The notes beneath the pieces were generated by a model. That model was not told the origin of the DNA, did no database searches, and saw only the letters and a list, made by a program, of their open reading frames with translations. The translations under genes and the position numbers were made by a program. A stretch of DNA of 57,259 bases, the filler included, from Basidioascus undulatus (Eukaryota): NCBI GenBank assembly GCA_000826855.1. It is 3 parts of 3 records of this genome, joined end to end, with 100 filler letters (N's around TTAATTAATTAA, not from the genome) between each part and the next. Parts side by side here need not be neighbours in the genome. Positions count along the whole stretch, not along the records: positions 38,277 to 57,259 come from JTLS01000440.1; 2 more parts are not named here. One strand, given 5' to 3'. Shown piece after piece: positions 45,489 through 57,259 of this stretch (within the stretch, counting starts at the first letter, position 1; each line of letters begins with the position of its first letter).

Positions 45489-48333
45489 TCAGACCTCCTC
45501 CTTAGCCGACGGGCCACGGCCCAGTGGGTCGGGCTTCCTCTTCCTCAGCTTTTGGACGTGTTCGGTCTCTTCGGCGCTGACGTGCGCCTGCTTACGCATA
45601 AGCCTGTACAGCTCCTTCGGCGACGCCGTGCGAGCCAGTTCGCGGGCGGAACGCGGGTCGAAGTCACCGAACGGAAGGTTCGCCGGGTGGAACGCCCATT
45701 TGGACGGCTTCGGGGCTCTGGTGCTCATTGAGTGAGCGAACCGGTAAGGGTAAGGCATTGGGTATGCTTACTCACTTTGTGGAGGTGAGAGCCATGAGCT
45801 CCTTCGAGAGGATCTCCCTGCCAAGAGATCTGTGAGAACGGTCTCGGGTACGTGCGAATAGGATATACAGACCTGATAAAGAAGTCCACTGCGAACATTA
45901 GAAAGAATGTTCGTCAGTATCTCAGCTCGCAAGAGATTGGCGGAGTCGGCGTACTGGGAAGATCGTTGTCGTCGTATCCCTGCACGGGAAGTGTGTCAGT
46001 CAAATGCCATGCCATCTAATGTCTCAAATAGCGGTACAAAAGGATCTTCAATTTCCTCTTTTTTGATTAAGACAATATGTCAGTAGAATGTCTGACAAGG
46101 CGAGGATGGCGGTGGACGTACCCCCGATCGAGAGCAGACCCAGCAGCACAAACCCGACGAGCGCAGTCATCGGGATGGTGACCTGACGCATTCCAGTCAC
46201 TATAATGCCTTAAATTGCGAGGTTGAGTGGTTGAGATACCCATTTGAAGGTCTCGACGATCTGGAAAGGCAGGAGCAGGACGTAGATCCAGCTGGGCAAT
46301 GCATGCATGTCAGCGAAGAGGGATGGATATGGGCGACTTCGCAACCTACGTGACGGTCCAGATGTGAACCGAGTAGGTCCAAGGGATCGGTGTCGTCTGT
46401 TCAAACCCCAAACTCAGGTTCAGCGAAACTACTGCACGCGCTCACCCTGGTACAGCGAGACCTACGAGGATACGCTCAAGCCCGGCCAGCGCCTCCTGAT
46501 ACGAGTTAATGGAGTTGTACAAGTTGTTGACAGTCTGCGAGAGGGTCCGTTCAGCGCACGGCTCTTCGGTTGACCGTTTGATGGAACCTACGGTAACGTC
46601 CGCGACCTTGCGCTGTTGGAGCGCGCTGACATACGAGGAGAGATAGAAAGTCTAAGCGGCAAACGGCTGCGTCAGTACCAGCGCGATACACCACAGAAAA
46701 CGCCCAGCGTACGATTTCCAAAGGAATGTTGTGGTTCACTATGCGGCGCTGGAGCTCCTTGCGGCGAGCCTTCTTCGACTGCATGCCCTTGCGCTTGTCG
46801 TCCAAGCCTGAACGACCCAAAAGCAAGTTGACGTTCCTCATCAGGACGAGTCAGGGGAGCAGGTACTCACCGACGGAACGGCTCGCCCTCTTGAACAAGA
46901 AGCGCAACATTGACCCGGGGAAGACGTCAAAGAACCCGTCCTTGGGCGGCAGTCGAGCGGGAAGCAGCTCGAAGGATGGCGGCGGGCTGAAGTGCAGACC
47001 GTGCTCATGCGTCTCCTTGCCCTTCATCGGCATCATCGGGATCTCGGGCGAGGGAGTGTCGCGAAGGAGCGTCTTCGATGGGCTCGTCGTCAGGGTCGAG
47101 AAACTTGTCGTCGTCGTTTCCGTCGTCTCCTGCGGTTCCTGCCGGCCAGGATGCTCAGGCGAGATCGGCGTCGCCGGAGGCTCGTAGTCCTCGTGATCAG
47201 ACTCTTCCTCGGTGCGCTGGAAGTTGCGAGGGAGTCCCGAAGGGAGCGAGTAGCGCGGGAGGTACGACATCAGCGGGTAGAGGTCCTGCATTTTATGGCA
47301 TCGACGCGTCAGCCTCGCGTAGCAATAGTACAGTCGCTGCGGTAAAGAAATCACCTCGTAATAAATGCCTTCCTCCTGACTGTGCAAAGGCTCAGTATCG
47401 ATATTCCATTTTCGTGGCACCGGAAAGTCTTCTTACCGAAGGTAATGTTTCAAGGACACCGCGTAGGCGAGCAAAAGGTTCATGACACTGCGCTTCTCGA
47501 TGAGAGCCTTGACAGAATCGCGTTCCACTCTTAAAAAGAAGCAGTGTAAGATGACATTCTGTTCGTTAGGATCTCTTTGGCGTACTCTTCGGGGGACGGC
47601 TTCACCTCCACATCCTTGTCCGGCGGAGGCACCGTCGCGTCCGGGACATGGAGCCAGAGCGTCCGCGAGAAGAGACGGGTGGCTTGAATGACAACCTGGA
47701 TACCGCGTTCAGTGCGCAGCAGAGAAGCCACAAATAGATTAGACGCTTGCCTGCCAGTAACGACGACCTTCGGAGTACCTGGTTCACCGCACGAAGGTCA
47801 GCCTGCAGCCAGATGAAACGGAACAGGGGCAGGCCGAACCGCTCGGTCGCAGTCGTCGCACGGAAGGAGATCACGAAGCCGATGACCGTACTGCGGAATC
47901 CTCCCGATATCAGACGAGTCATGCATGCGAATGAAACACAATACGCACCCCAGTACGGTAAGGACAGTGCTCGGCAAGCGGAACCCATCCCAGGCCTTCG
48001 TCTGAACCAAGACGACCATGGCTCCCCAGCCAGCGAGGAACACGAGAGCGGGCCAGACTCTGAAAGAACCATCCTCCAGTAAGTATATAAATGTACGTTC
48101 AGGGTAGCTGGGGCGTCTACCGAAAGAGCGCCGTCGCGGTGACCGCATTCCACATCGCCTTCAGCGTGAGCCGGCGGCCCGAGCCCTGTTGGAATGGGTC
48201 CGGCGACAGGACCTGGAGGTGAGATCATAACAGGACCAATTCCGTGAGCTTTTCCAGCCCGCCGTGAGCATGCAACCAAACGCACGATCTCGGACTTGGA
48301 CGAGTTCACGCGAGACAGAGCCGGCAGCGACAT
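45489..48333 (-). CDS. UPF0187/bestrophin-like (YneE-type) anion channel, multi-exon
   Basis: MSLPALSRVNSSKSEI..., RVWPALVFLAGWGAMVV, LTVLG|TVIGFVISFRATTA, SEGRRYW, LLLAYAVSLKHYLR, EEGIYYE|DLYPLM, NIPLEI, LERIL, WIYVLLLPFQ, IGEEIEDPFGYDDNDL. Ends SAKEEV*. Confidence 0.9.
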
Positions 48334-49945
48334 GCTGGGCGAGCGAGTCCAAGAAGAAGCAGTTTGGATGAATGAGCGGTGAAATATACGCCAGATAGAG
48401 CCAGTATTGGAGGGAACAAGAAGTGTGAAAGAGTGTGAGCGTGAGTGGTCAGTCGGTGAGCGCAGAGAGTGCGTGTGAGAAGGGGAGGAGTGAGCGGACA
48501 AAGCGATCGATTGGAAAGGTTGCGCGTGCTACCTTTGCCGTCTTGCTGACTTCGGCAGCGGACGGCACAAGGACTTACCCAAACTTACCGGAACTGATTA
48601 TGCGGATGCACAGTTTTGCCGCCGTCCTCCCGTTGAAAACAGCAGTCTGCGGACGGCGGGCGCGGTCATTCACAGGGCACAGGCCTCGCCCGTCACCGCG
48701 CTCGCAAACGGCTCGCGGCCTTCTTCAATTGACGCCGCCCTGCTCCCTCCTCTTTCCATATTTTACACTGGCTATCCATCAAAATCCAGGATGTAAAGGA
48801 CATTTTTATGCTGCCCCAGACCTTGAGGGAGGGCTCATGGACCGGCTACCCCTCGAATAAGGCGGCAAACGGAGGTCCGAAACTAAGGGTACCGAGCATG
48901 GCGTCCTTGGGCGTCCCTTCTGGTTTTCACAGACCGGCCTCGCCCTTCACATCCATTGCGGCAAAGTCCACACGACGCCGCAGCATCGTCCTTCTCCTTC
49001 CTCATTATTCTTAACTGATTCCGTTACAGAATTGAAGACACATGTCGTCGTCTCGCGTTCAATTCCATCGAGAAGGTTCCGCGGGTACTAAGTCGTGCCC
49101 CCGGAAAAGAGAGGTGACTTGCTGTGCATCGCAATATTGTCAGTTCGCGAATATGTCGGGCCTTCCACAGGTCCAAAGATGATGTTTCCCACCCAAGCTC
49201 TTCGTGATGTTGATGCTTCTGTGAGTGTTTCCAAATCCACAACTGGGGTCCGGCTATGGATTCAGTATTCACTGCGGGTACTATTTGCCCCGATGGTTAC
49301 GGAAGTACCTTCTTCTGTTCGGACAGGCATTGACGCCTGATAGCCTAGGCTGCAGACATTTTTGGTGACACTATGCACTCCTCCGTCCCATCTCTTCCGA
49401 CTTTCTCGTGTAAGAACAGTCATGCGTGAAGTTTCAGTTAGACATGTGTTTGCACGTTCTTAGCACATATAATTTGCTGGTGCAGAGAACAAAGTGAAAT
49501 GCGAATGACATGCAAGGCTCCTACGGAGTGCCGACCGATGGGGGGTTGAGGAGTTCACGACGTACCAGCCTGACAGCGCCCTGATACCCGTTTTCCCGCA
49601 TGCAAGATAGAGAAGTAGATATGACAACCGGAAAGAGACGTGTTCGAGCGTTCCACTGCAGATACTCAACCAAAGAACACCCACACAACGTATGCAAGAC
49701 GTACTACGTGGCGGTCAAGCCGCAACGCACAGGGAAGCTTAAGATCGTGCCGAACGCACTTCAACTGATCTGAGTCTAAAATGTGCAGAAGACAGGTATT
49801 AGAAAGAGAAATGGCATTGTCAAAAAGCACCTTGGCACTCTCCTGCAGCGTCTCGCTAGTCCCCGCTTGCAGCACCCCACTCTCGATCTCTCGTAGAAAA
49901 CATTCATTGTTCGTCAATCGATCTTCGTAATCAGGTCATTATAGC

Positions 49946-52900
49946 TCAGTTGCCACCCTTCAAGGCCTTGCCCACGTCGATCCCAACGAGCCCCTTGATG
50001 ACCTTGCCCAGACCGAGGCCATCCAAAAGCCCGCTAACCAACCCGCCGAGACCGAGTCCGCCGAGCTGGAACACCGGCGGAGGGAGGTGAGCTTATGGTG
50101 AGAGATCCTGCCGAGGGGAACGAAGCGCACCAGGTTCCCGACAAGGTTGAGAACGCCGGTGAGGAGGAGTCCGACCGCCCCGAGGATCTGGGCGATGGGG
50201 TCTTACGCAGAAAGACAGGATAGAAAGGAAGTGAGCAGCACAGCCCCGACGAAGGAGACAGAAGCTGAGGGAAAGACGCACTGCCGAGCAAGTCCAGCAA
50301 CGGCCCAAGGTCCTTCTTGGCTTTCGGCATGTTGCTCAGCTTCGCCTTCGCGTTTTCGATGGTCTTCGTGACTGTCTCGGTCAATTTGGTAAGAGCCTCC
50401 GCGAGACGGTGTTCCTGTACCGACACATAGGGGTGAGACCACGGTTTCGAAGTCACGTTAGCCAGATGTACAGCGAACATACATGCGGAGTGGCGGCCTT
50501 GTTCTTGCTCGCCTGCTTGGCCTTCCGAGCGATGCTGCCGTCCTGCATCGACACCACGCGGGTAAGCCCAGAAGTGTGACACGGAGTGGAAGAAGACCTG
50601 CGGGGTCCGCGCCTTTCACCGCGCCAAGCGTCTCGTTGAGGATAGCCTGCGCTTGCTCGATGAGCGGCTTGACGCGATCGACCAGCGCCTTCTGGAACTG
50701 CTCGTCCTTTTGCTCCTCTTCGGACTTGTCGTTCGCGCGATTAATGGCCTGAAAGAAAGGATCATAGAATAAATAATATAGCTAGCGATGCAATGGTGGA
50801 CAGAAACCGTACGTCGTTGATCATGTCGCAAATACTATAGAGGGAGGAATGAAGTTGATATCAGCGCGACAAGAAGTGTGGGCGACGGGACACAAGGAAC
50901 ATACGGCTTGACACAATCATAGCCCTGCTCAACGATGCTTGCGAGTCGTTCCGCGAGCACGATGGTCTTCTGCTCCTCCGCATCCTTCGCCTTCTCGCCC
51001 GCCTCGTGCGCCTGGACGACCTGGTTGACCTTCTTCTTCGTCTCCTCGATTTGAGCGGGGATCTCCTCGTTGAGCTGCAACAACATGTAGTTTGTCAGCA
51101 ACGTTTAGGATAGGATGGAGCGCTAAAACTCACCTTCTGGAGGCTTTCCGTGAGATGGAACTCCTCCGCCGAGCCGTTGCGATCCCGCGCGTGGGCCAAG
51201 GCGGTGCGCGAGAGCTTGTGCTCGCGGTCCGAATGCTTGACCTCGCCAAGCGCGCCCTCGTGGGTTGCGGTCGCCTGCGCGATAAGCGGGCGGACGCGAT
51301 CGGTGAACGCCTTGACGTCGAACTTCTCCTTGTCGGCGTTGTCCGCCTCCTCGACCGCCTGCGAGTAGCGCCGGTCAGAAGAAAGCTAGGCAAGAGCCAA
51401 AATTATGAGGGAAACGTACGTCCTTCAGCATCCCGAGGATCGGCTTGAGACGCTCGAGCGATCGGTCGACGACGTCGGCGAGGTTCTTAGCATGTTGCGC
51501 GAGCTTGTCGGCGTCGGCCTTGGTCGCCGCCTGGGCGTCGTCCCGACCTTTCTTGACCTCCTCGATCTTGCTCTTTGCCCGGTCGTTCGCGGCCGGAATG
51601 TCGTTCGTGAGCTAGGGGCGCCACGAAAGAGGTCGTGGGTCAGTTTCCGCCCGTGCGAAGACCGATGGTCAGGCCAGAGTATGCGTCGCAGCAGACGCAC
51701 CTTATCGAAGCTCTTGGCGAGGTGAGACTCCTCCGGCGTCGCTTTGCGGTCCTTCGTGTTCTGGCTCGCTAGGCCGACAGTCTTGAGGTCGGGGTCGACG
51801 TCTTTGATCTTTTGGAGCGTCTCGTCGACGACCGGCGACGCCTTGCTGATAAGCGAGGTAAGGTTGTCGACGAGGTTCTGCGTGTCGAGCTTCTCCTTCG
51901 GCGTGTTGTCCGCCTTGTCGATAGCCTGAGGAGGCAAGGAAGCAGGTCCGAGGGTCGGGAATAAGCATCGGTGTGCAGAGAGAATGAAAAAAAAGAAGTC
52001 AAGATGGGGAACGGACCTCGTTGATCATGCCCACGAGCGGCTTGACGTTGTCGAGGCCCCTGTCTGTGAGGTCGGCCAACTTCTGAGCCAGCTGAGCAGT
52101 CTTCTCCGCGTCGTCCTTGGTCGCCTTCTCCGCGTCCTCGCGCGTGCGGGCAGCGTCTTCGATCTTGCTCTTGGCATTCTCGACAGTTTGAGGGGTCTCT
52201 TCGGTAAGCTGTTTGGAAGATCGCGATCGTCAACTTGCGAACACAGAGGCAGGCAGACTGTTTGTCGGGGCAGGAAGTCAAACATACGTTGACGAACTTG
52301 TCGACAAACTGTTGCTCCTCGGGCGACGCGCCGTGGTCGTTCACCTTGTCCCGAACCGCCTGGACGATGCTCCCCTCCGGATCGATGCTCTCCACGTTCT
52401 TCCGCGCCTCGTCGAGGATGCCCGTCGCGCTCTCGATGAGCGGCTGCAACTTGTTGGCGAGGGCTTTCTCGTCCAGCTTGTCGGACTGATTGGCGTCGCC
52501 GATGGCCTGAAGAGAACAATAAAAAAAACGCGGGGGAGGTGTTGGTCAGAACATTAGAAATGGGGGAAGCAGAATATGAGGACAAAAGAAGGCTGTCCAC
52601 GTACAGAGACGAGTATGTCTTGAACCTATAAGGATATTGGGACAGATAAACTATTGACCGCAATTACATAGCACAAGTCGGCACGTACAGGCTTGACGCG
52701 GTCTAGCGCGCGGTCAACAATCCGACCAAGCTTCGAGAGCTTCTCGGCCGTCTGCTTCGCAGCCTCGGCGGCAGCTGCAGCCTCCTCGTCCTCCTGCGAG
52801 GGGTCTTGCTTCTCGCCGGGCGCGCCCTGCTCGGAGGGTGGGGCCTGCTCGGACGGCGCTCCTTGCTCGGACGGCGCTGCTTGCTCGGACGGCGCTGCTT

Positions 52901-53500
52901 GCTCGGATGGGGCGGCTTGCTCGGACGGGTTTGCATCGTCCTTCTTGTCAGGCACGAGTGCCGCCTCATCTGGAGCGTAAGCGTTGCCCTTGGTCTCGCC
53001 TGCCGTTTCCGCCGCCTGCTCGACGAGCGAGCGAATCTTGTCGACTAGCTCGAGCCCGTCCTTGTCGGACTTAGACGCGTCGTCCCCGGCCTGAAGTACA
53101 GAAAGTAAGCTCGAGTCAGCATGACATAAAGGACTGTGTTTCGGGAAGTGTTGCCAACGCACCTCTGTAATCTGGCCCAGGAGAGACTTGATGCGGTCCG
53201 AAGAAGGGACGTGGTTTGCAAGCTTGCTGGCGTGCTCCACGAGCGGCTGGACGTTGTCGACGATCGACTTCTTGGCGGCTTCGCTGTCGCTTTTGCTCGC
53301 GTCGTCGAGGACCTATTCCATTCGACACGACGTAAGCAGTCATGTTTACTTGGGATGAGTTGGTGGACAATAGAAGTCATTAAACGCACCTCCCGGATGT
53401 GGTTCAGTAGCGAGGTAAGGCCGTCCCCGTCCGTCGGGTCGTTCTGCGCGGCCTGCTGGACAGGCTCGGGCACGTTCGTGTTCTTGAGAGCATCAGACAT
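49946..53500 (-). CDS. Helical repeat protein made of about four tandem DUF6987-like units (C-terminal domain of fungal LEA/DUF3659 proteins) with a Gly/Leu-rich hydrophobic tail
   Basis: Last unit LVDRVKPLIEQAQAILNETLGAVKGADP|DGSIARKAK...ATPH|EHRLAEALTKLTETVTKTIENAKAKLSNMPKAKKDLGPLLDLL...PIAQILGAVGLLLTGVLNLVGNL...LGGLGLGGLVSGLLDGLGLG, preceded by three similar upstream units. Family assignment is from remembered motifs. Confidence 0.8.
52819..52929 (-). repeat. Coding minisatellite, about 6 x 18 nt, encoding (PSEQAA/PSEQGA/PSEQAP)n
   Basis: Repeated tgctcggacggcgctgct-like units; translation NPSEQAAPSEQAAPSEQAAPSEQGAPSEQAPPSEQGAPGE. Confidence 0.9.
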
Positions 53501-55385
53501 GGTGGAATTCAATAAGGAAGCAATTGGGAAGTTCGAGATAGTGAAGTGATGCGGTGATTCGATGCGTGTGAGTGAGTGTAGTGACCGGAAAAAACAAAAA
53601 GCCACGTCGAATCCCGTTCGTTTTGTACGACATCCGTGCTGTGGAGTCGCTGTTGGAAGCGATGATGATGTAAATGTCCTTGTGCCGTTCGAAAAGTCAT
53701 GCATTCGAACTTCGAGAACTTGATACAGGCATTTGAGGGGACTCAAGGTCGACATGATGTCCTCGACGTGGCTGCCACGATACGATCCAGGCACATGGCG
53801 TGCGTACATGCGGACAGTAAGAGGGATGACGCGAATGGATATCAGTGATGCAAGTGAAAGAGAATGGAGCGACTGCGAAACTCAGTGCCAAAAGTGTGCA
53901 CGGGGTACGAGCGATGAGGGACGGACGGGAGCCGCGCTGGCAATCTGCGCAGCGGGTGGCGCCCGCAGCCTTTCAGGTTTCAACCTTCCAACTCTGTAAA
54001 GTCCTTTCCCTAACTCTCGCACCTACTTGATAAAGAGTCCGCTTTCTGCTCGAAGAAGACTCTCTTGAAGTTTGCTGTGAGAAATGGGTATCGCAGTACA
54101 GCATGCAAGCCAGAAAGACACCTGCAGGGCGCCATCTCAAAGTTGAGACTCGGAGACCCTGTGCCGGGCCGGTGACTGCGTGCTTCACAGCTCCATCATC
54201 CCGTAACACCTATACACGATGTACTCTTGCGTACGAGCTGCAACTTTTGCCAAGCTGCAGCTGTGTGCCGCCTTGTCCCCAAAAGGGAGGATGACGAATT
54301 GACGCCGAGGCCCTTCCAGGGACTCGTCCTCTTAGTGCTCCCACTCGACCACCGATCCGAACATTCGAGTTCAGGATACGGCCTCCAGGATCTCAAAGCA
54401 TCGGATACACGAAAACCGTCTCGGAACTGTGGACCGTTGATGTGTTACCGTGGTTTATCACGTCCTCGTGAACGTCACAATACGTCTTTTGAGGGAAGAT
54501 CCACCCGCGCGTTTTCACCACCATTTCACGCCTCAAACAACAACATAAGATCTGCACAATCAATAGTACAGTATTCTGCCTGGCTTGCGGAGTGGTGGCA
54601 TATGCTCGTTCTCGACCTTACAAAACACAATCGACGTAAGCTGACGCTCTGTTGTCGCTGCCGGTTTCGACGAGGTGTAACGGGAAGGAAGATCAACATA
54701 AAGGATTGGGAGATATATTGATACAGAACCTCAGTATGAATTGATAAGAGAGGTGTCCAGTTGGTGAAATGTCCATCAGGCATCACGTTTGGATGTGCTT
54801 GGATGTGCGGCGGTTTCTGCCCTTGCCAGGCGCAGATCACCAATCCCGCTACCTTCCATAAGGAGGTTTACGATCGTGAAAATCATTTTTTAATAATTTC
54901 AGAATAACTCATCAAGATGTGGGTTACCGTAGAGAATTGACGGTGGGGCGAGAGAACGCGCCTGGATCGTAAAGAACGCTGCACCGCTGGAGTAAGGATG
55001 TGAGCCTCAAAATCATCCAGGATAATTGGAAAAAGTCCGACCCCATGTAGCACCCCTTCCCATTGCCAAGCAACAGCGTCTAGCAGTCACGTCCCATGCG
55101 GTATCACACAGCCTTCCTCTACCGAATTTCCTTTCGCCTACCACCTATCTTTCGACAGACCGAGCACATCAAAGAAGCATGGGAAGTCCAATGCACGAAC
55201 AGTAAAAGCAGTATAGGAACATGGCATTATACAAACGACCCGCCGGAAAGATCGAAACAAGTACAGAGCAAGCGGGGAATAGCAGTGGCAGTGCGAAGCA
55301 AAGCAAAGCAAACATACCGAACCCATTATCAAGTCAAATCATCTTCCATCATTCCATCCGCCATCCCTTCCTTCCTCCCGAGGCC

Positions 55386-57259
55386 TCAGCGAGGCGGACC
55401 CAAATCCCCCTGTCCCGACGCGTCCCCCAGCCCCCTCCCCCCCAACTCGCCCGTACTAGCATAATGCGTCGCCGGCCCCGGGCTTTGTGAGATCCTCCGC
55501 CCAACAGCAGTCCCCTCGCTCGCGCGGCGCGTCGGGCTCTCCCGCCGGCGGTGCGCCTCCAACCCCGCCAGCGTCGTGCGCCGCAGGGCATCCCAGTTGA
55601 TTTCCTGCGCGTCGTCGGGGCTTAGCTGTGCGGGGGCAGGTGGGGAGAGAGGGGGGGAGGGCGTGATTGCAGCTGAGCGCGCTTCAGTGAGGGAGAGCCT
55701 CCTGCGGGGCGGGAGGTGATCGGTTGTGGAAGAGGGGGATGCGCCCGCGGAGGAGTCGTCGTCTGACGGCCCGCTCAACGACCGGTACCTGCTCCGCCGC
55801 CGCTCGCGGCGGGTGGTGACCCATCTGGAGGCGGCAGAGGTAGATGGTATGGCAGCGGAGACGGGGAACGAAGACTGGGACGACCACGGGTCGGACGCCG
55901 CGCTGCCCTCGTCGTCCGCGTCCGCGAGGGTGGTCCGACTCCCCCCCAGCGCAGGGCTAGGCTGTGCAGTCACCCACCCCCCGCCTGTCCCGCCTTCACT
56001 GGACACGGCAGTCGCATACCGCGCGGACGAGGCGGAGAGGAGGGAGGACACGCGCAGGCGCGAGGAGCCGCTCGAGCGCTGGGAGCGGCTGCTTGGGTCG
56101 GCGGGGGGCGGCTGGAATTGAGACTGGGAGAGGATGGACGACGTCCGGTGCCGCGGGAAGACGATGGACGGCCCGCCGCCGCTGCCGCTGCTGTTGCTCC
56201 CCGACACCGACCCCGAGCGCCGGCGGGACTGCGAGCCGAACGACCCCGCGCCCGAGCGCGACCCGACACTCCCGCTCCCGCTCCCACTCGCCTCACTCTC
56301 GCTCGACCGCGACCGCACGGACGAGCCCGGCGAGCCCGCCTCGCCCTGCTGCTCGACCTCGAAGTCCGCCAGACTCGCTAAATCGTCGTGCCGCTCCGCG
56401 TCCTCAAGCGACCGGTCCGTCGTGCTCCTGCTTCCCTGCCGACTGTGCCGGGCCTCCCCAGACCGTCGTACCCTCTCGACGCTCGGGCGACCGCTCGACC
56501 CGTTGCCGTTGGCGGGGAGGAGCTCGCCGACACCGAACGTGTCGAGGTGCAGGTCGAGCGACGACGTGCCCGACGTGCCTGTGCCGGTCGTGAGCATGCT
56601 CGCGCCGCGCTGGTGCCCCTGCGCCTGTTCAGCGAGGAAGCGCTTCACAGGCGAGGGCGAGCGCGGGGGCGCTTGTGCCTGGGCCTGGATGGGCCGCGGG
56701 CGGAGTGCGCCCACGCTGGACATAGTTGCGCTGCTGGTGAGCTCGGTGGTCTGGCGCGTTGTGGAGGGCGAGGGCGTGGTGGGGAGCCGGCTCAGCGTCG
56801 TCTGGCTCTCGCTCCCCGTCTCCGTCCCGGATTCCAGGCCACGGAAGCCGGGGGGCAGGGTGAGGCGCGCGCGACTGGGCGAGAGCACGGCGCCGACGGA
56901 GGAGAGGCTTGCGCTCGAGGGGCCTGAGCGCGTGTACGGCGAGTCGGCGTCGACGGTCGTCGGCTCGCGCTCGGGGGTGCGCCAGGTGTCCGTCGAGGCG
57001 CGCGGGACGTCCTCCTCCTTTTCTTCTTCTTCACCTTCTTGGGGCGGAGCGCCCCGAGGCGTGGGCGTGGGAGTGAGGGAGGGGCGGAAGTCGAACACGC
57101 TCGGGCGAAATGTGGGGCGCGGGGGAGGGGCGGACGCGGAGAAGGTGGGGAAGGGGAAGGGGAGGGTGAGGAGTGGGCCGGAGCCGGAGGCAGGGGCGGG
57201 GGAGACGGGTGCGGTGGTGTGGAGTGGGGAGGGGGAAGGGGATATGGCTGGCGGTGGGG
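55386..57259 (-). CDS. 3' part of a large Ser/Pro/Gly/Arg-rich disordered protein starting beyond the window
   Basis: Frame open from the window end to TGA at 55386 (>620 codons) with strong GC3 bias; no domain recognised. Confidence 0.75.
   Translation of the reverse strand, partial: PPPAISPSPSPLHTTAPVSPAPASGSGPLLTLPFPFPTFSASAPPPRPTFRPSVFDFRPSLTPTPTPRGAPPQEGEEEEKEEDVPRASTDTWRTPEREPTTVDADSPYTRSGPSSASLSSVGAVLSPSRARLTLPPGFRGLESGTETGSESQTTLSRLPTTPSPSTTRQTTELTSSATMSSVGALRPRPIQAQAQAPPRSPSPVKRFLAEQAQGHQRGASMLTTGTGTSGTSSLDLHLDTFGVGELLPANGNGSSGRPSVERVRRSGEARHSRQGSRSTTDRSLEDAERHDDLASLADFEVEQQGEAGSPGSSVRSRSSESEASGSGSGSVGSRSGAGSFGSQSRRRSGSVSGSNSSGSGGGPSIVFPRHRTSSILSQSQFQPPPADPSSRSQRSSGSSRLRVSSLLSASSARYATAVSSEGGTGGGWVTAQPSPALGGSRTTLADADDEGSAASDPWSSQSSFPVSAAIPSTSAASRWVTTRRERRRSRYRSLSGPSDDDSSAGASPSSTTDHLPPRRRLSLTEARSAAITPSPPLSPPAPAQLSPDDAQEINWDALRRTTLAGLEAHRRRESPTRRASEGTAVGRRISQSPGPATHYASTGELGGRGLGDASGQGDLGPPR

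Noticed and set aside
42458..48333. Aminotransferase plus bestrophin as a metabolic cluster
   Set aside because: Co-oriented common fungal genes with no functional link or backbone biosynthetic enzyme in the window.
52819..52929. Regular repeats as a CRISPR-like array
   Set aside because: Contiguous 18-nt in-frame coding units with no spacers, in a eukaryotic gene.
53600..55300. ORFs in the 1.8-kb region upstream of the repeat-protein gene
   Set aside because: Short, no codon bias or motifs; consistent with promoter/intergenic DNA.

Overview
Intron-rich fungal nuclear DNA. The GTRHGT...CTRAC...YAG introns, the gene families and the F-box-like genes point to a basidiomycete, possibly Pucciniomycotina; this taxonomy is an inference. 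The six-frame ORF track is mostly exon fragments and antisense shadows, so I spliced gene models by hand. Two 100-nt artificial spacers (N44-TTAATTAATTAA-N44) split the window into three contigs. Apparently intact genes: a Fen2/Liz1-family MFS transporter head-to-head with an amidase; a copper-fist (Ace1/Cuf1-like) transcription factor; a membrane-anchored IAH1-like SGNH esterase head-to-head with an OTU deubiquitinase; an arrestin-like protein; a GPI-anchored 8-Cys CFEM-like protein head-to-head with a secreted bacterial-type solute-binding protein; LAS1 head-to-head with a DUF4604 protein; a Pro/Ser-rich protein; an Aro8-like aminotransferase; a UPF0187/bestrophin-like channel; and a protein built from tandem DUF6987-like helical repeats. 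Partial low-complexity genes lie at both ends. Decayed genes are interspersed: five F-box/LRR-like loci, a macrodomain copy and an APH-like kinase. The best candidate for an undescribed system is the CFEM-like/solute-binding-protein pair, a possible surface nutrient- or metal-capture module. No rRNA, tRNA, CRISPR array or recognisable transposase was seen.
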